From NCBI GenBank assembly GCA_963702475.1, contig CAVPCT010000005.1, positions 864,001 through 928,000 of the forward strand: a DNA stretch of 64,000 nucleotides. The letters run 5' to 3'. Numbering within the stretch: position 1 is the stretch's first letter; each line of letters opens with the position of its first letter. Below the pieces are notes generated by a model. That model searched no databases. It worked only from the letters and a program-made list of their open reading frames with translations, and was not told the DNA's origin. This stretch comes from an uncultured Thermoleophilia bacterium (GTDB lineage: Bacteria > Actinomycetota > Thermoleophilia > UBA2241). Positions 62,444 through 64,000 of this stretch are shown here, in pieces. The position numbers were made by a program, and so were the translations under genes.

Positions 62444-63536
62444 CTAGTGTCCTGAGTCAGAGATCCGTTCGCAATAAGCAGCGAGCGTCTGCAGGATCTC
62501 GTCCGCGCTCTTGTGCCAGACGAAGGGGCGTGGGTCCTCGTTCCAGTCCTCGACCCAGCTGCGGATGGAGGCGACCAGCTCCTTGGTCGAGCGGTGCGAG
62601 CCGCGCCGCAGCCAGCGTTCGGTCAGTTCGGCGAACCAGCGCTCGACGAGGTTGAGCCAGGACGAGTAGGTGGGCGTGAAGTGGAAGCTGAAGCGTGGGT
62701 GACGGAGGAGCCAGCGCCGGATGGCGGGCGTCTTGTGGGTCGAGGAGTTGTCGACGATGACGTGCACGTCGAGGCCCTCGGGGACGCTCTTGTCGATGAG
62801 GTTCAGGAAGCGGCGGAACTCCTCGGCCCTATGACGTTCCGTGAGATCGCTGATCACGAGCCCCGAGGCGACGTCGAGGGCGGCGTAGAGGTTGGTCGTG
62901 CCGTGGCGGCGGTAGTCGTGGGTGGCCCTGGCCGGCGTCGTCGGCAGGAGCGGCAGGATCGGGGCAGTGCGCTCGAGCGCCTGGACCTGCGTCTTCTCGT
63001 CCACGCAGAGCACGACCGCGGCTTCCGGTGGGTTCAGGTAGAGCCCGACGATGTCCCTGACCTTCTCGATGAACAGCGGGTCGGTGGAGAGCTTGAAGGA
63101 CTCGAGCTGATGGGGCTTCAGGGCGAAGGCGCGCCAGATGCGGCTCACCGCGCTCTGGCTCATGCCGGTGGCCGCGGCCAGGCGCCGCGTCGACCAGTGG
63201 GTCGCGTCGCGCGGCGCCTCCTCGAGCGTCTTCACGAGCACGCGCTCCACGTCGGCGTCCGTGATCGTGCGCGGCTTCCCGGGGCGCGGCTCGTCGTGGA
63301 GGCCGTCGAGGCGCCGCTCGGCGAAACGCGCGCGCCACTTGCCGACCGTGGCCTGGTGCACGCCCTCGGCCGCCGCCACCTCCTGGTTGGTGAGCCCCTC
63401 GGCGCAGGCCAGGACGATGCGGCAGCGCAGGGCCAGCGCCTGCGCGCTCGTCGGGCCGGCGCGCCCAGCGCTCGAGGGTCTCGCGCTCCCCGCCAGTGAG
63501 CACGAGCTCGGCCATCGGTCGTCCCTTGCCAGCCAT
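62444..63536 (-). CDS. IS630 transposase, +1 indel near 63455
   Basis: LCVDEK, THDYRRHGT, IVDNSSTHK, FTPTYSSWLNLVERWF; N-terminus MAGKGRP...ERWARRP lies in another frame. Confidence 0.93.
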
Positions 63537-63620
63537 GATCGCCTCCCATCATCGCAGCTTCTCGACGATGAGAGCACAGGCGGTGCTATAAATCAATCGA
63601 ACTTATGACTCAGGACACTA
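62445..63620 (-). mobile_element. IS630 family insertion sequence
   Basis: Terminal IRs TAGTGTCCTGAGTCA / TGACTCAGGACACTA with flanking TA (CTAG context). Confidence 0.93.
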
Positions 63621-63632
63621 GGAGAGTGTGCC

Positions 63633-63929
63633 ATGGGGGCGATCATTGTCGTCAACCTCCCGGCCAAGCCCGAGAGCAAGGGCCAGCTCCTCGCCACGCT
63701 GAGCACGGCGCTCAAGGACACGCGCGCCTTCGCCGGCTGTCGTGGGGCGAGTCTCTGCACGGACCGCGATGACCCGGCCATGGTCTCGATCGTGGAGCAG
63801 TGGGAGACGCTGCCGCACTACCTCGCGTACGACGCCTGGCGCACAGAGACCGGATTCATGGACATGCTCGCCCCGATGCTCGAAGGCGAGCCCGGCGAGC
63901 GCCGTCTGGAGGAGGCCGACCCCTCGTGA
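63633..63929 (+). CDS. Antibiotic biosynthesis monooxygenase (ABM) family protein
   Basis: TRAFAGC...VEQWET..HY..Y..WR; GGAGAG RBS. Confidence 0.85.
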   Translation: MGAIIVVNLPAKPESKGQLLATLSTALKDTRAFAGCRGASLCTDRDDPAMVSIVEQWETLPHYLAYDAWRTETGFMDMLAPMLEGEPGERRLEEADPS

Positions 63930-64000
63930 GGGTCTCAAGCGCTCGTAGCACACGAGTTGCTCCAACATGTCGCCGCATGGGCGCCCTACATAGCGGCTGA

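Noticed and set aside
63445-63465. Programmed frameshift in the IS630 transposase
   Set aside because: No slippery A-run; one extra C in CCCG explains it as an indel

Overview
High-GC bacterial chromosomal DNA, probably from an anaerobic Actinomycetota lineage (inference from gene content and codon style). About 48 protein genes, most on the minus strand. 1-12 kb: ABC exporter, M20 amidohydrolase, SDR, secreted C69 peptidase, epimerase, Tyr-phosphatase, 2-hydroxyacid dehydrogenase, TrxB/AhpF-like reductase. 12-18 kb: group 3b (sulfhydrogenase-type) [NiFe]-hydrogenase operon with a Rex-like operator and a neighbouring Rossmann-domain histidine kinase plus receiver. 19-23.5 kb: NarL-type HK/RR, a His-less pseudo-kinase and an acyltransferase. 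23.7-32 kb: a ~6 kb secreted multi-Ig protein gene with near-identical 543-bp tandem repeats, and a MalT/LuxR regulator. 33-61 kb: envelope and signalling genes (MMPL, Cys-rich ECF sigma, two adenylate-cyclase-STAND proteins, DUF294, GGDEF, GAF-GGDEF-HD-GYP, B12 radical SAM). 61.9 kb to end: a tRNA-Arg(CCT) 3' fragment (likely att site), an IS630 element and an ABM monooxygenase. Many genes carry single-base frameshifts, probably long-read indel errors. Best leads: (i) a receptor-like cyclase-STAND-TM-inactive-HtrA/PDZ fusion; (ii) four promoters sharing a TCACCC-N5-GGGTGA box 22-23 nt upstream of a -10 element, a candidate regulon of the MalT/LuxR protein; (iii) an unannotated multi-hairpin RNA with repeated UGCCCCC loops; (iv) an HK-RR-pseudoHK module. 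No database search or folding software was run.
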